A DNA stretch of 64,000 nt from an uncultured Acidobacteriota bacterium (lineage in GTDB: Bacteria > Acidobacteriota > Vicinamibacteria > Vicinamibacterales > 2-12-FULL-66-21), in contig CAVWLB010000010.1 in assembly GCA_963755695.1 (NCBI GenBank), positions 1,002,952-1,066,951 of the forward strand, read 5' to 3'. A program made the position numbers and the translations under genes. Each line of letters opens with the position of its first letter. Position 1 is the stretch's first letter. Below are positions 39,583-48,952 of the stretch, in pieces. The notes under the pieces are model-generated. The model saw only the letters and a list, made by a program, of their open reading frames with translations. It had not been told where the DNA came from and searched no databases.

Positions 39583-40935
39583 ATGACCCAGAAACGCCCC
39601 GCAGCGGGCCCAACGGTCGTGCTGGTCGGCCGTCCGAACGTTGGAAAGTCGACCTTGTTCAATCGAATCACCGGATCTCGGCGCGCCATCGTGACGCCTA
39701 TGCCTGGGACGACGCGTGACACGATTGCCGAGCCCGCCGAGTGGCAGGGAACCCCGTTTTCGTTGGTTGATACCGGGGGGATGTTTGGAGCGACCGCCGA
39801 CCCCCTGCACGAACTGGTCGTGGAGCACGGGCGTCGCGCTATCCGGTCGGCAGATGTCATTGTCTTCATCGTGGATGGCCGGGAGGGACTGGTCTCAGGC
39901 GACGAGGAGATCGCCGGCGCCCTGCGCGCGGCGCATGCCCCCGTGGTGATGGCGGTCAACAAGACCGATGACCGGCGCGCGCGCGGCCGTGCGCTCGAGT
40001 TCTACCGCCTCGGATTCGAGCCCGTGATCGAGATGGCCGCCGAACACGGCGAAGGCGTCGGCGACCTGCTTGACGAAGTCGTGCATCGTTTTCCGGCGGT
40101 CCGCCGCGACGGCAAGATGAGCGCCCCGGAACCGGAAACCGCGGTCGCCATCGTCGGTCGGCCGAATGTCGGCAAGTCCTCGCTTCTGAATCGTCTTCTG
40201 CGTGCCGAGCGATCGATCGTCAGCGACCTTCCGGGTACGACCCGGGACACGGTTGACGCGATCCTCAAATGGCACAAGCGTACCTATCGCATCCTCGACA
40301 CTGCCGGGATCAGGCGCCCGGGGCGCGTCGCGCGATCGGGGCAGGTCGAGTCGATCAGCGTGATCGTGGCGCGCCGCGCGATCGAGAAAGCAGACGTCGC
40401 CGTGCTCGTCATTGATTCGGTGGAGGGCGCAACCGATCAGGATGCTGCGATTGCTGGAGAAGCGGACAGGACCGGGTGCGGCATCATCATTGCCGCCAAC
40501 AAGTGGGACCTGATGAAGGGACGGGGAGCGGACTTCGTCAAGGAGTTCGACGGCAAGCTGCGTCGGCAGCTCAAGTTCCTCGATTACGCCCCGGTGCTTC
40601 ACCTTTCCGCGCTGACCGGGGATCGGACGCCAAAGCTGCTTGAAACCATCGACAAGGTCACCGAGGCGCGGAATCGGCGGATTGCCACGGCGGAGTTGAA
40701 TCGCTTCGTTCAGGCGGTGACGGCCGCGCATCCGCCCGCGAGCCCCGGACGCCGCGAGGTGCGGATTCTTTATGCCGCGCAAACCGGCGTGGCGCCACCG
40801 ACCTTCGTGTTCTTCACCAACGTCGCCACCTCGTTCCATTTCTCCTACGAGCGTTTCCTCGTCAACCGGCTGCGGGAATCGTTCGGGTTGGCAGGGACGC
40901 CAGTCAGGATCCACGTGCGACGGCGGGAAAAGTAA
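39583..40935 (+). CDS. der: ribosome-biogenesis GTPase Der (EngA)
   Basis: Two G domains (GRPNVGKSTLFN and GRPNVGKSSLLN, each with DTGG/DTAG and NKxD) plus a KH-like C-terminus. Confidence 0.93.
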   Translation: MTQKRPAAGPTVVLVGRPNVGKSTLFNRITGSRRAIVTPMPGTTRDTIAEPAEWQGTPFSLVDTGGMFGATADPLHELVVEHGRRAIRSADVIVFIVDGREGLVSGDEEIAGALRAAHAPVVMAVNKTDDRRARGRALEFYRLGFEPVIEMAAEHGEGVGDLLDEVVHRFPAVRRDGKMSAPEPETAVAIVGRPNVGKSSLLNRLLRAERSIVSDLPGTTRDTVDAILKWHKRTYRILDTAGIRRPGRVARSGQVESISVIVARRAIEKADVAVLVIDSVEGATDQDAAIAGEADRTGCGIIIAANKWDLMKGRGADFVKEFDGKLRRQLKFLDYAPVLHLSALTGDRTPKLLETIDKVTEARNRRIATAELNRFVQAVTAAHPPASPGRREVRILYAAQTGVAPPTFVFFTNVATSFHFSYERFLVNRLRESFGLAGTPVRIHVRRREK

Positions 40936-40939
40936 AGGG

Positions 40940-43666
40940 TCAGTCCAGCAGCCGCCTCCCCAGGAGCGGCTCGCCGCCACGGGAGATGTAGAACCCGTAG
41001 CAGGCCAGCACCGCCGGGATCATCATCAGGAGCAGCGAGTCCCAGAAAAACCATTTCGACGCGTCGAACGTGACAATCGCGTTCGAGATGATGAAGTTGA
41101 CCAGGAACAACACCATCGCCGCCAGCAGTCCCAGGTGTTGAATCGTGAGGACGATGATCGTGATGAAGACGACCAGGGTGATGAGAACCAGCCAGACCGG
41201 TCCCGAGTCGATCATCCCGCGAGCCGACGTGAACGTCATCAACGCGACCGCAAGGGCCCCCGCGACGAGTTCCCGGCGGACCAGAATCTTCAGAAAGACC
41301 ATCCCGAACACCGAGAAGAGCGCATTTAGTACCGCGTTGAACACCTGGTTCAGGACGCGCGCGATGACGATATGAGTCCCGAGCAGTTCGCCCAGGTCGG
41401 GAAAGTCAGGGGTCAGGGCGTACCCGAACGCGTGCACCGTCAGGAGATGGGCGAGATAGATCACGTGGACGGTGATACCGAGCGCGACCGCGAACAGGAT
41501 GTCGCGGCCCACGAGCGGATCCCGCCACTGCCGCGCCATCAGGCGCGACCACGAGACGACCGTCGTCGGCCAGAATCGACGGACGTACGGTTCGATTGCC
41601 AGGTAGAGGAGCCACAGCATCCCTGCCGCCCACAGGGGCTGACCGCTGAAAAAGCGGCCCATCTCGATGTCGGGATTGGCGACGTGCTTGCTGTCGAGGA
41701 GCCAGACGCCGAATGCGACGATCGACACGAAGGTGGCGAGCTGCAGCGCACCACGCCGATCGCCGCGTCCCTTCCGCAGATTGTGACGGGCGACGAGCGC
41801 GGCGGCCACGAACAACGAAAACACCGCCAGGGTGCCAAGCGCGGACCAGATCGAGACGGGGCGATCTCCGGTGACCTCGGCGAGCCGGGTGGCGCGTGTC
41901 CATGGGGCAATCTGTTGAAAGGCGACTGCCCGTCCGTGGTACGCCGCCGCCTCGATGCGAAGCGGCTGATCCTTCAGGCCCGACAGCGGACCCGTCCACG
42001 CGGCGCGGGCGTCCGCGTAGACCCTCGGCGTCCATTGAGGCACCGCCGGTGAGAAGCTCGCGTAATCAAGCCCGGCAGCACGGAAGAGCGGCGTCCAGTC
42101 AACCGTCGCCGGTTTGGATTCGGGATCCACCTGCGCCGGCACGACGGCGAGTTCGAGCAGTCGGCCGTCCGGATCAAGTTTCACCAGCGTCATCCCCGAC
42201 AGCGATAACGGCGGATCGGTCAGGGTCACGCGCGGCTTGTCGCCGGTTGGAATCAGGATGGACGGACTGCCGCGCCACCAGAACTGAAGCAGCCTCGGCG
42301 TTCCGGTGCTCAGGTGCTCGCGAGTTGCGAGTTCAGGATGATTGCGCAGGTACTCCATCGCGCCGTCAGGGACGTTGAATCCGTGTGCCGAATCAACGGC
42401 ATCGGCTGCGTAGCCGAGCGATCCGAGAATCTCTTTCGCCCGCTCGGCCAGCAGCAGCGGCGGCTTGGGCAGCGGTATCACGTTGGTCAGCAGCACTCGA
42501 TCCGCCAGTGCAACACAGAGGGCCAGAACGCCAAGCGTCGCGGCGAGGGCGGCCACGGCCGCGACTGGTTGCAAGGCGCTCGACTCTCCGGCAGCGGCGA
42601 CCATTTCAGGTGACGGGGTTTCACCCGCGGCGAGCGCGGCGGCCAGCGGATCACCTCCGGGCAGCGCGGCGGCCACTGCCAGGGCGGACGAGGGACGCCT
42701 GGCCGGGTCGGGTTCCAGGCATCGCATGATCGCGCGTTCAATTGCCGGATCGAGATCCCGGACGAACTCCGAAGGACGGGTGATGCCTGCCTGCTCGCGC
42801 TTGGCGATCAGCTCGGCGAGGTTATTTCCCTCCAGCGCGCGGTGTCCCGTGAACAACTCGAACAGCACCAGGCCGAGCGCATAGAGGTCGCTCCTGGGCG
42901 TGACCTCTCCGCCCGCGAGTTGCTCCGGCGACATGTACGCGGGCGTCCCCGCTCGCAGCGACTCCCCGGCCGCGCCGGCCAGACCGAAGTCGGTGACGCG
43001 AATGGTGCCGTTGCCGTCGAGCATGATGTTGGCCGGCTTCAGATCCCGATGCACGACGCCGCGATCGTGCGCGGCGGCGAGGCCGGCACAGATCTGACGC
43101 GCAAGCTCCATCGCGCGATCCTGCGGGAAGCGGCCAATGCGTCGAATGAGCGACGCGAGATCCTCGCCGTCCACGTACTCCATCGAGAGAAACGTGTGCC
43201 CCTCGTACTCCGCCACGTCGTACACGCGGCAGACGTTGGGGTGGGAGACCTGACGCGCCATCCGCACTTCCATGTGGAGCTGCGTGAGACGTGCCGGGTC
43301 CTTGTCGACGGCTTCGGGCAGGAATTTCAGGGCGACCGGCTGTCCGAGCTTCAGGTCGTCTGCACGGAATACCTCGCCCATCCCGCCGCGGCCGAGCCGG
43401 CCGACGATCCGGTAGCGTCCCTCGAGGAGCGCTCCCGGCGCGAACCGCCCGTGATCGATCGCGTCGGTGCTAGTGAGCCACGCTGTCGAGGAGCTTCGAC
43501 TTGCGCCGGTCGGGGATCCGATCTCGTGATTTCCGCTTGCTGCCGATCGCGATGCTGCATCGGCGAGCGTGGTCTCGTCAGAAGACCACGACAGCGGGGT
43601 CAAACATCTCGGACAGAGTGATGTCGACCCGGGTAGTTCGATGGAGCAGGCAGGACAGGCAGGCAT
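40940..43666 (-). CDS. zinc-ribbon Ser/Thr protein kinase with extracytoplasmic domain and polytopic membrane C-terminus
   Basis: CPAC...CPRC N-terminus. Hanks kinase (GRGGMGEVF, HRDLKPANIM, DFG, GTPAYMSPE). Pro/Ala linker, TM, a soluble region of about 190 aa, then about 7-8 TM segments. Confidence 0.88.
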   Translation of the reverse strand: MPACPACSIELPGSTSLCPRCLTPLSWSSDETTLADAASRSAASGNHEIGSPTGASRSSSTAWLTSTDAIDHGRFAPGALLEGRYRIVGRLGRGGMGEVFRADDLKLGQPVALKFLPEAVDKDPARLTQLHMEVRMARQVSHPNVCRVYDVAEYEGHTFLSMEYVDGEDLASLIRRIGRFPQDRAMELARQICAGLAAAHDRGVVHRDLKPANIMLDGNGTIRVTDFGLAGAAGESLRAGTPAYMSPEQLAGGEVTPRSDLYALGLVLFELFTGHRALEGNNLAELIAKREQAGITRPSEFVRDLDPAIERAIMRCLEPDPARRPSSALAVAAALPGGDPLAAALAAGETPSPEMVAAAGESSALQPVAAVAALAATLGVLALCVALADRVLLTNVIPLPKPPLLLAERAKEILGSLGYAADAVDSAHGFNVPDGAMEYLRNHPELATREHLSTGTPRLLQFWWRGSPSILIPTGDKPRVTLTDPPLSLSGMTLVKLDPDGRLLELAVVPAQVDPESKPATVDWTPLFRAAGLDYASFSPAVPQWTPRVYADARAAWTGPLSGLKDQPLRIEAAAYHGRAVAFQQIAPWTRATRLAEVTGDRPVSIWSALGTLAVFSLFVAAALVARHNLRKGRGDRRGALQLATFVSIVAFGVWLLDSKHVANPDIEMGRFFSGQPLWAAGMLWLLYLAIEPYVRRFWPTTVVSWSRLMARQWRDPLVGRDILFAVALGITVHVIYLAHLLTVHAFGYALTPDFPDLGELLGTHIVIARVLNQVFNAVLNALFSVFGMVFLKILVRRELVAGALAVALMTFTSARGMIDSGPVWLVLITLVVFITIIVLTIQHLGLLAAMVLFLVNFIISNAIVTFDASKWFFWDSLLLMMIPAVLACYGFYISRGGEPLLGRRLLD

Positions 43667-43672
43667 ATAAGA

Positions 43673-46426
43673 TCAGGCTGTGCGCGGCGCCGTGGGCTGA
43701 GCCGCGCCGGATGCGACGTAGCAACCGAACATTCCGGCGGCGACGATTGCGCCAATGAAGACGAGACTGGTCGGACCCCGCCACGACGAGACATCCGTCG
43801 TCAGCGGCGCACCCATGAGAATGAGATGCGCGCTGAGCGTCGCGATCGTCGCAAGCAGGCCGATCCACGCGACGACGGCCACGAAAATCGTGACCATCAC
43901 GATCGCCATCGCAACGTCGAGTATCGGCGTGTCGCCAGGAAACATTCCGTTCAGCACGACCGGCGTGTAGCAGGCGAGTGCGGCCAGCGCCGCAACCCAT
44001 GTCCGTTTCGCGAGGATCCGGAACGCGACGAAGCCGGCCATCCCCAGCATCCCGTCCGTGATCGCCGCCTGCGTGCGATCGAGGACCGCGGCGAAGGAGT
44101 GGTGGAATGCCATGAATACCGACGGGTCCGAGATCAAGGGCGGTGGTCCCGGTCGTCCGGCGATGACCGGGACAACGTTGTGCAGGGCGTAAGCGAGAGT
44201 CATGGCGAGACCCGCCGAGATACCGATAACGATGTCGCGGCCCACGTGGGGATCGCGCCAGCCGCCGCCGAGCAACCGCGTCCACCCGATCAGGCTCGAA
44301 GGAGAGAACCGCCGCACGTAGGGCTCCAGTCCGAGATACGTGACCCAGAGCAGGCCGGCATTGAACAATCCCTCGCCGATCGCGCCGAAAAAGCGGCGGA
44401 TCTCGCTGTTGACCGCGCTGACGTGACGATCCCCGAGCAGCCACGCGATCATGAGAATGCAGAAGACCGCCGTCGCCGCTCGGTACGCACCGGCGCGGTC
44501 GCCGCGTCCGAGGCGCAGGTTCCTCCGCGCCAGCGCCACTGCACACAGCATCAATCCCGGCATGATGAACGACGTCAGCAGGCCGGTCGCCCGCTCTAGC
44601 CAGGACGTGGCACCGGCGGATGGCATGCGGGACGAACGGGTCCAGGGACCCGTGATACCGAAGAACACGGGCTTCCCGGCGTAGCCTGCAGCCTCCACGC
44701 GCACCGTCAGATCCGGACGCTCAGGGAGACGGCCCTCCCACGCCATGCGCTCGTCGGCATACACGGTCGGAAGCCATCGGGGGGCCACCGGCGTGAAGCC
44801 GGTCATCGAGAGACCTGCCGCATCGAACAGCGTCGACCAGTTGGTATGCGCGGCGTGCGGCGGGTTGGTCTCGATCGGCTGCGGCACGGCCGCGAACTCG
44901 CTGAGCCTGCCGTTGGGATCGACGATGACGAGCGTCATGCCGCTCGTGGTCAGCGGCGGATTGAGAGCGTCGGTGCGATTCTCGTCTCCGAACGGAATCA
45001 GCGGTCTCGGGCTTGTCCGGTACCACAGGACGTGGGTTTCCGGACGCGGCGTTTCGAGTTCCTTCCACCGATCGGGTGACGTGTTGTTGGCTGCAATGTA
45101 CCGCACCCAGTCGAGTGAAGTGGTCAACCCCGCCGCGGAGTAGGACCCCTGATCGCCGTACCCGAGCTTCTGCGCGATCTCCTGTGCGCGATCGATCAAC
45201 GCCACCGGCGGTCTCGTCAGCGGTGCGCGGTTGATCAGCATTACGCGCTGATAGAGTGCGAGCAGGACGATCGACGAGAGGGTAATCCATGCAATCGCCG
45301 CAGCCAGCTTGGCTGTGGACAGGGCTTCGGTCGTCGATGCGGCGGCGGCAACCATCTCCGGCGATGGGGTCTCGCCCGCGGCCAGCGCCGCGGCAATCGG
45401 ATCACCACCCGGCAATGCGGCGGTGACCGCCAGTGCCGAGCGGGGACGCCGCGCGGGATCCGGATCCAGGCAACGGAAGATGACGTCCTCGATCGCGGGA
45501 TCGAGATCGTGGACGATCGTCGTTGGCGGCGTGATGCCCGCTTGCTCGCGCTTGGCGATGAGCTCAGCCAGGTTCGAGCCCTCGAGCGCCCGTTGTCCGG
45601 TGAACAGTTCGTAGAGCACGAGTCCCACCGAGTAGATGTCGCTACGCGGCGTAACCGCGGCGCCCGAAAGTTGTTCGGGCGCCATGTACGCGGGCGTGCC
45701 CGCGCGCAGGACTTCACCAGTGGCTCCCGCGAGACCGAAGTCGGTGATCCGGATCCGGCCGTTGGCGTCGAGCATGATATTGGCCGGTTTCAGATCGCGA
45801 TGGACGACCCCGCGGTCGTGTGCCGCGGCCAGGCCGGCGCAAATCTGCCGCGACAGCTCGATCGCGCGGTCCTGTGGAAACCGGCCGATGCGGCGGAGCA
45901 GCAGCGCAAGATCCTCGCCGTCCACGTACTCCATCGACAGAAACGTGTGTCCCTCGAACTCGCCGACGTCGTAGACGCGACACACGTTGGGATGCGAGAC
46001 CTGCCGCGCCATGCGCACTTCGGCGTGCAGTTGCGTCAGGCGGGCGGGATCTCGGTCGACGTCATCGGCAAGAAATTTCAGAGCGACCGCCTGCCCGAGC
46101 CGTAAATCGTCGGCGCGATAGATCTCGCCCATTCCGCCGCGGCCGATGCGGCCGACGATGCGATAGCGTCCATCCAGGAGCGCGCCTGGCTCGAATTTGC
46201 CGTGATCGATCGCGTCGGTCCCGGCGGGCCAACTGGTGCTGGGAGAGGTGATCGGCTTTCGCTGCTGTGCCAGTCGGGAGCCCGGGCTCATCGCCCGCGC
46301 GACCTTCTCCTTCGACACGTCTGCCAAGCGGGTCACGTCCGCATGCCACGGGATGTCCGTCTCGCACGCGGGGCACGTCGTGATGGTTTCGTCGATTGGC
46401 AGGCCGCACGACGGGCAGCGGGGCAC
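43673..46426 (-). CDS. paralogous zinc-ribbon Ser/Thr protein kinase, same architecture
   Basis: CPSC...CPAC. The kinase domain is nearly colinear with the neighbour. It shares the NLRxGRGDRxGA, EPYVRRF and WRDPxVGRDI motifs in the membrane domain. Confidence 0.88.
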   Translation of the reverse strand: MPRCPSCGLPIDETITTCPACETDIPWHADVTRLADVSKEKVARAMSPGSRLAQQRKPITSPSTSWPAGTDAIDHGKFEPGALLDGRYRIVGRIGRGGMGEIYRADDLRLGQAVALKFLADDVDRDPARLTQLHAEVRMARQVSHPNVCRVYDVGEFEGHTFLSMEYVDGEDLALLLRRIGRFPQDRAIELSRQICAGLAAAHDRGVVHRDLKPANIMLDANGRIRITDFGLAGATGEVLRAGTPAYMAPEQLSGAAVTPRSDIYSVGLVLYELFTGQRALEGSNLAELIAKREQAGITPPTTIVHDLDPAIEDVIFRCLDPDPARRPRSALAVTAALPGGDPIAAALAAGETPSPEMVAAAASTTEALSTAKLAAAIAWITLSSIVLLALYQRVMLINRAPLTRPPVALIDRAQEIAQKLGYGDQGSYSAAGLTTSLDWVRYIAANNTSPDRWKELETPRPETHVLWYRTSPRPLIPFGDENRTDALNPPLTTSGMTLVIVDPNGRLSEFAAVPQPIETNPPHAAHTNWSTLFDAAGLSMTGFTPVAPRWLPTVYADERMAWEGRLPERPDLTVRVEAAGYAGKPVFFGITGPWTRSSRMPSAGATSWLERATGLLTSFIMPGLMLCAVALARRNLRLGRGDRAGAYRAATAVFCILMIAWLLGDRHVSAVNSEIRRFFGAIGEGLFNAGLLWVTYLGLEPYVRRFSPSSLIGWTRLLGGGWRDPHVGRDIVIGISAGLAMTLAYALHNVVPVIAGRPGPPPLISDPSVFMAFHHSFAAVLDRTQAAITDGMLGMAGFVAFRILAKRTWVAALAALACYTPVVLNGMFPGDTPILDVAMAIVMVTIFVAVVAWIGLLATIATLSAHLILMGAPLTTDVSSWRGPTSLVFIGAIVAAGMFGCYVASGAAQPTAPRTA

Positions 46427-46439
46427 GGCAGGATTCTAA

Positions 46440-47008
46440 CAGCCTCGCCAGATCCAGTCGTTCCGGCGGCGAAATACAGTCTGGACAGGATGCGCACTGC
46501 GGCCGTTCTGCGGGTATCCTCGGTGCCTCCCCTGAGCAACAAGTCCATTCATCGGGAGCGGGCCGACGCGCGCGCTCCCCTTAAGCGCCTTCGCCGGCTG
46601 TCGGTGTTCAGCACCTGGAGCAGCGTGTTCCGGACTCGCTGATATGGCGTCGCAGATGCCCGATCCGCTCACGTTCTTCGGGCACGTCCAGCACCGGCAC
46701 GCATTCCTGCAGCGCCAGATCGGCCGCCCGGGCGCTTTCCTCGAGCTGATTCCGATAGTCGCGCGCGGTGGAGGGATCGGGATCGAGCAGCGCGTCGCGC
46801 ACGTAGATCGATCCCATCAACAGGTGGCGGCGAGCAGATCCTGTGCCCGCATGTAGCGGGTGTTAATCGCGGCCGATCGACGCTCGAGTTCCGCCATCCC
46901 GCCGGTGAAGTAGTAGCCGGCAAACAGCCAGATTCCGCCAATCAGGCCGAAGCCGATGAAGAGCGCCGCCTTGAAGGTGGGACCGACGAACCGGAAGCGA
47001 GAGGGCAC
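46440..47008 (-). pseudogene. decayed N-terminal fragment of a membrane sensor (four-helix-bundle-like)
   Basis: MPSRFRFVGPTFKAALFIGFGLIGGIWLF (TM) ...INTRYMRAQDLLAAT, then in another frame LLMGSIYVRDALLDPDPSTARDYRNQLEES...ERIGHLRR, then in a third frame QRVRNTLLQVLNTDS. There is no room for output domains before the kinase start at 46426. Confidence 0.5.
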
Positions 47009-47154
47009 CGGAGGTCATTGTAGTCGGAGGCGTGATTTTCCTCCGCATGCGATCCACGGGTTCATTTCAGATCGCGCGGTGCGTCACGGCCGCATCGCGT
47101 TTTTCGCGGCCGTCTGGCGCAAGTCTTTGATATACTGCCGCCTCAGCGCCGTTC

Positions 47155-47637
47155 ATGGTCTCAGTGGACACCGTCCAGATCCCCAACCGGTCGTTGTTCC
47201 GGCAACCTGAAATCTGCGAGATTGCGCAGGTGCAGCCGTACGTGCTGCGCTCGTGGGAAGCAGAGTTCCCGGATCTGGGCGTGGCGAAGACCGCGGGCGG
47301 CCCGCGGGTCTACCGGCGCGCGGACCTCGAGCGGGTCCTGCGAATCAAATACCTGCTGTTCGTCGAGGGTCTGACGCTCGCGGGCGCGCGGCGCCGGCTG
47401 GCAGACGAGCAGTTCACGCCGACGAGCGATCCGACGCCGCTCGACGATCTGCTGACCACCGACGCGCGCGAGCGCATCCGTCACGTGCGTCAGTCGCTCC
47501 GCGAGCTGGCCTCGATGCTCGCGAGGCGGCCTGGCGCGACCGGCGGTCACGCGGAGTTCGAGCTGGCCGCGCCGCCACCGGCAAAGAAGCGCGCGCCCGC
47601 GCCCAAGAAGGCGGCGGTCAAGGGCAGGAGACGGTAG
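47155..47637 (+). CDS. MerR-family transcriptional regulator
   Basis: LFRQPEICEIAQVQPYVLRSWEAEFPDLGVAKTAGGPRVYRRADLERVLRIKYLL is a MerR-type winged HTH. Basic Ala/Lys-rich tail. Confidence 0.8.
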   Translation: MVSVDTVQIPNRSLFRQPEICEIAQVQPYVLRSWEAEFPDLGVAKTAGGPRVYRRADLERVLRIKYLLFVEGLTLAGARRRLADEQFTPTSDPTPLDDLLTTDARERIRHVRQSLRELASMLARRPGATGGHAEFELAAPPPAKKRAPAPKKAAVKGRRR

Positions 47638-47685
47638 CCGGGTTTCCATCCCGGCATCTCAGATTGAGCCGGCATCACACCGACA

Positions 47686-47762
47686 CGGGATGTAGCGCAG
47701 CCTGGTAGCGCACCTGACTGGGGGTCAGGGGGTCCCGGGTTCGAATCCCGGCATCCCGACCA
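47686..47762 (+). tRNA. tRNA-Pro (anticodon GGG)
   Basis: Hand-folded cloverleaf. Acceptor CGGGATG/CATCCCG, D arm GCGC-agcctggta-GCGC, anticodon arm CCTGA-ctGGGgg-TCAGG, T arm CCGGG-ttcgaat-CCCGG, discriminator A, encoded CCA. Confidence 0.93.
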
Positions 47763-47778
47763 ATATTTTTAACAAGTT

Positions 47779-47805
47779 ACGGCCGGGAATTTCTCGGCCG
47801 TTTTT
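47779..47805 (+). terminator. rho-independent terminator after tRNA-Pro
   Basis: CGGCCG-ggaatttct-CGGCCG followed by TTTTT (47801-47805). Confidence 0.7.
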
Positions 47806-47918
47806 CTTGTGGGCACACTGTAGGCACAGCCGGTGGCCGATGCGACTCGGATGCCCTTTGAAGAAGCCAATGGATTCTCACGGACCTCCACAGCCCGATT
47901 CCTCGTCCCCGACTCTTC

Positions 47919-48056
47919 ATGTGGTTGACGTGGTTCTGTACGCTGGCAACCCTGATCTTCAGTATCAGCAACGCTGGAATGAGTTCGCTGACGTGGTCGA
48001 TGCTGGCCACGTTCGTGATCGTCACCGTGGCCCTGTACTACGCACCGGCGGAATGA
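47919..48056 (+). CDS. hypothetical small hydrophobic protein (45 aa)
   Basis: Hand translation gives MWLTWFCTLATLIFSISNAGMSSLTWSMLATFVIVTVALYYAPAE, i.e. two hydrophobic helices. It sits in the lower-GC spacer. No homology claimed. Confidence 0.25.
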   Translation: MWLTWFCTLATLIFSISNAGMSSLTWSMLATFVIVTVALYYAPAE

Positions 48057-48140
48057 GGGTGGGCACGGAGAGTCTCATTTGTTCAAGCATGGAGTCGTGA
48101 CGGAGTTTGTGATGGCGTTGCTGCGGGAAATGGGGCAAGT

Positions 48141-48329
48141 GTGGGGCAGGTGATCAATGACCTGTTGATGCTGTTGATGGCCTTGCTGTGGACGCTGTTT
48201 CAGGCGGTCCTGCAAGCTGCGATCATTCTTGTCGGCGTGTATTACGGGCTCCGGCTGGCGCTTAACCATCACCGGGGTCGGGGCGCCGATGAACCCGCTC
48301 CATGTGGCCAAATCTGGCGATGGCGATGA
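48141..48329 (+). CDS. hypothetical small hydrophobic protein (up to 62 aa)
   Basis: ORF-track product ...DLLMLLMALLWTLFQAVLQAAIILVGVYYGLRLALNHH... has one or two TM helices. Its V-x-YY ending resembles that of the preceding small ORF. Confidence 0.25.
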   Translation: MGQVINDLLMLLMALLWTLFQAVLQAAIILVGVYYGLRLALNHHRGRGADEPAPCGQIWRWR

Positions 48330-48420
48330 TTCCGTTCCAGTGTCCGCAGTCGCTCAGCCTGAGTAACCAGGTGGGCAGCCCGGGTTCCAGCGGGATTTCA
48401 GCACGAAGCTGCTCCCGAAC

Positions 48421-48831
48421 TCAGAGGAGCTCTTCGATCAGGTGAACCGGTCCGTCGGCGCGAATCTCGCCGGCGCCACCGGCAAGCAGCCTGTTCAGGA
48501 AGAAATACTTCGGTTCGGCCGTCTCGAAGCGCGGCACCGTACGAAAGTAGGGAGCGGCGGGCGCTCCGTCGTCACGAATGCCCTCGAACGTCACGTGGAT
48601 GAGGGCGCCGTCGTCGGTCTCCAGCGTGACGCGCAGGTCGAGTTCGACGACGCCGTCCGAGCGTTTTATCGTCCAATCGTCGCCGCCGGGCAGCACCTTA
48701 CCGCGAAGCCGCTCACCCTCGAACGACCCACCGGTTATCGGAAACGTGACACGTGTGCCGTAAGGTGCGGCGCCGATGTTTTGTATGGGTGCCGTGTTCA
48801 GACGAAGTGTCATCAGGGGACGCGATCGCAT
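48421..48831 (-). CDS. DUF3237 (UPF0311) family protein
   Basis: IGAAPYGTRVTFPITGGSFEGERLRGKVLPGGDDWTIKRSDGVVELDLRVTLETDDGALIHV...PRFETAEPKYFFLN. ATG 48831 is preceded by AGGAGA. Confidence 0.8.
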   Translation of the reverse strand: MRSRPLMTLRLNTAPIQNIGAAPYGTRVTFPITGGSFEGERLRGKVLPGGDDWTIKRSDGVVELDLRVTLETDDGALIHVTFEGIRDDGAPAAPYFRTVPRFETAEPKYFFLNRLLAGGAGEIRADGPVHLIEELL

Positions 48832-48952
48832 GGCAGTTCTCCTGTCGGTGGGCGATGGAGGATAAGTCGCGAGAGGCACGCGTCCGCATCCAGCGAGCGT
48901 CGCGAATCCGGCGACCTTGAGAACGGCTCTTCGTCGGGCATCCATAGCGGCC

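Noticed and set aside
40940-41900. Assigning the kinase C-terminal membrane module to the CPBP (CAAX) protease family
   Set aside because: EPYVRRF loosely recalls the EExxxR motif, but the FxxxH and HxxxN/D motifs could not be placed consistently in both paralogues by eye.
47648-47661. 11-12 nt copy of the tRNA-Pro 3-prime end (atcccggcatc) just upstream of the tRNA as an att site
   Set aside because: It is too short, lies upstream rather than at the far end of a putative island, and no integrase is present. It is probably chance or part of the precursor leader.
48832-48945. Tat/lipoprotein signal on the first DUF3237 protein
   Set aside because: It is only present if the upstream ATG at 48945 is used. 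The internal ATG at 48831 has a strong AGGAGA RBS and aligns with the paralogue start. This is kept as an open point, not a call.
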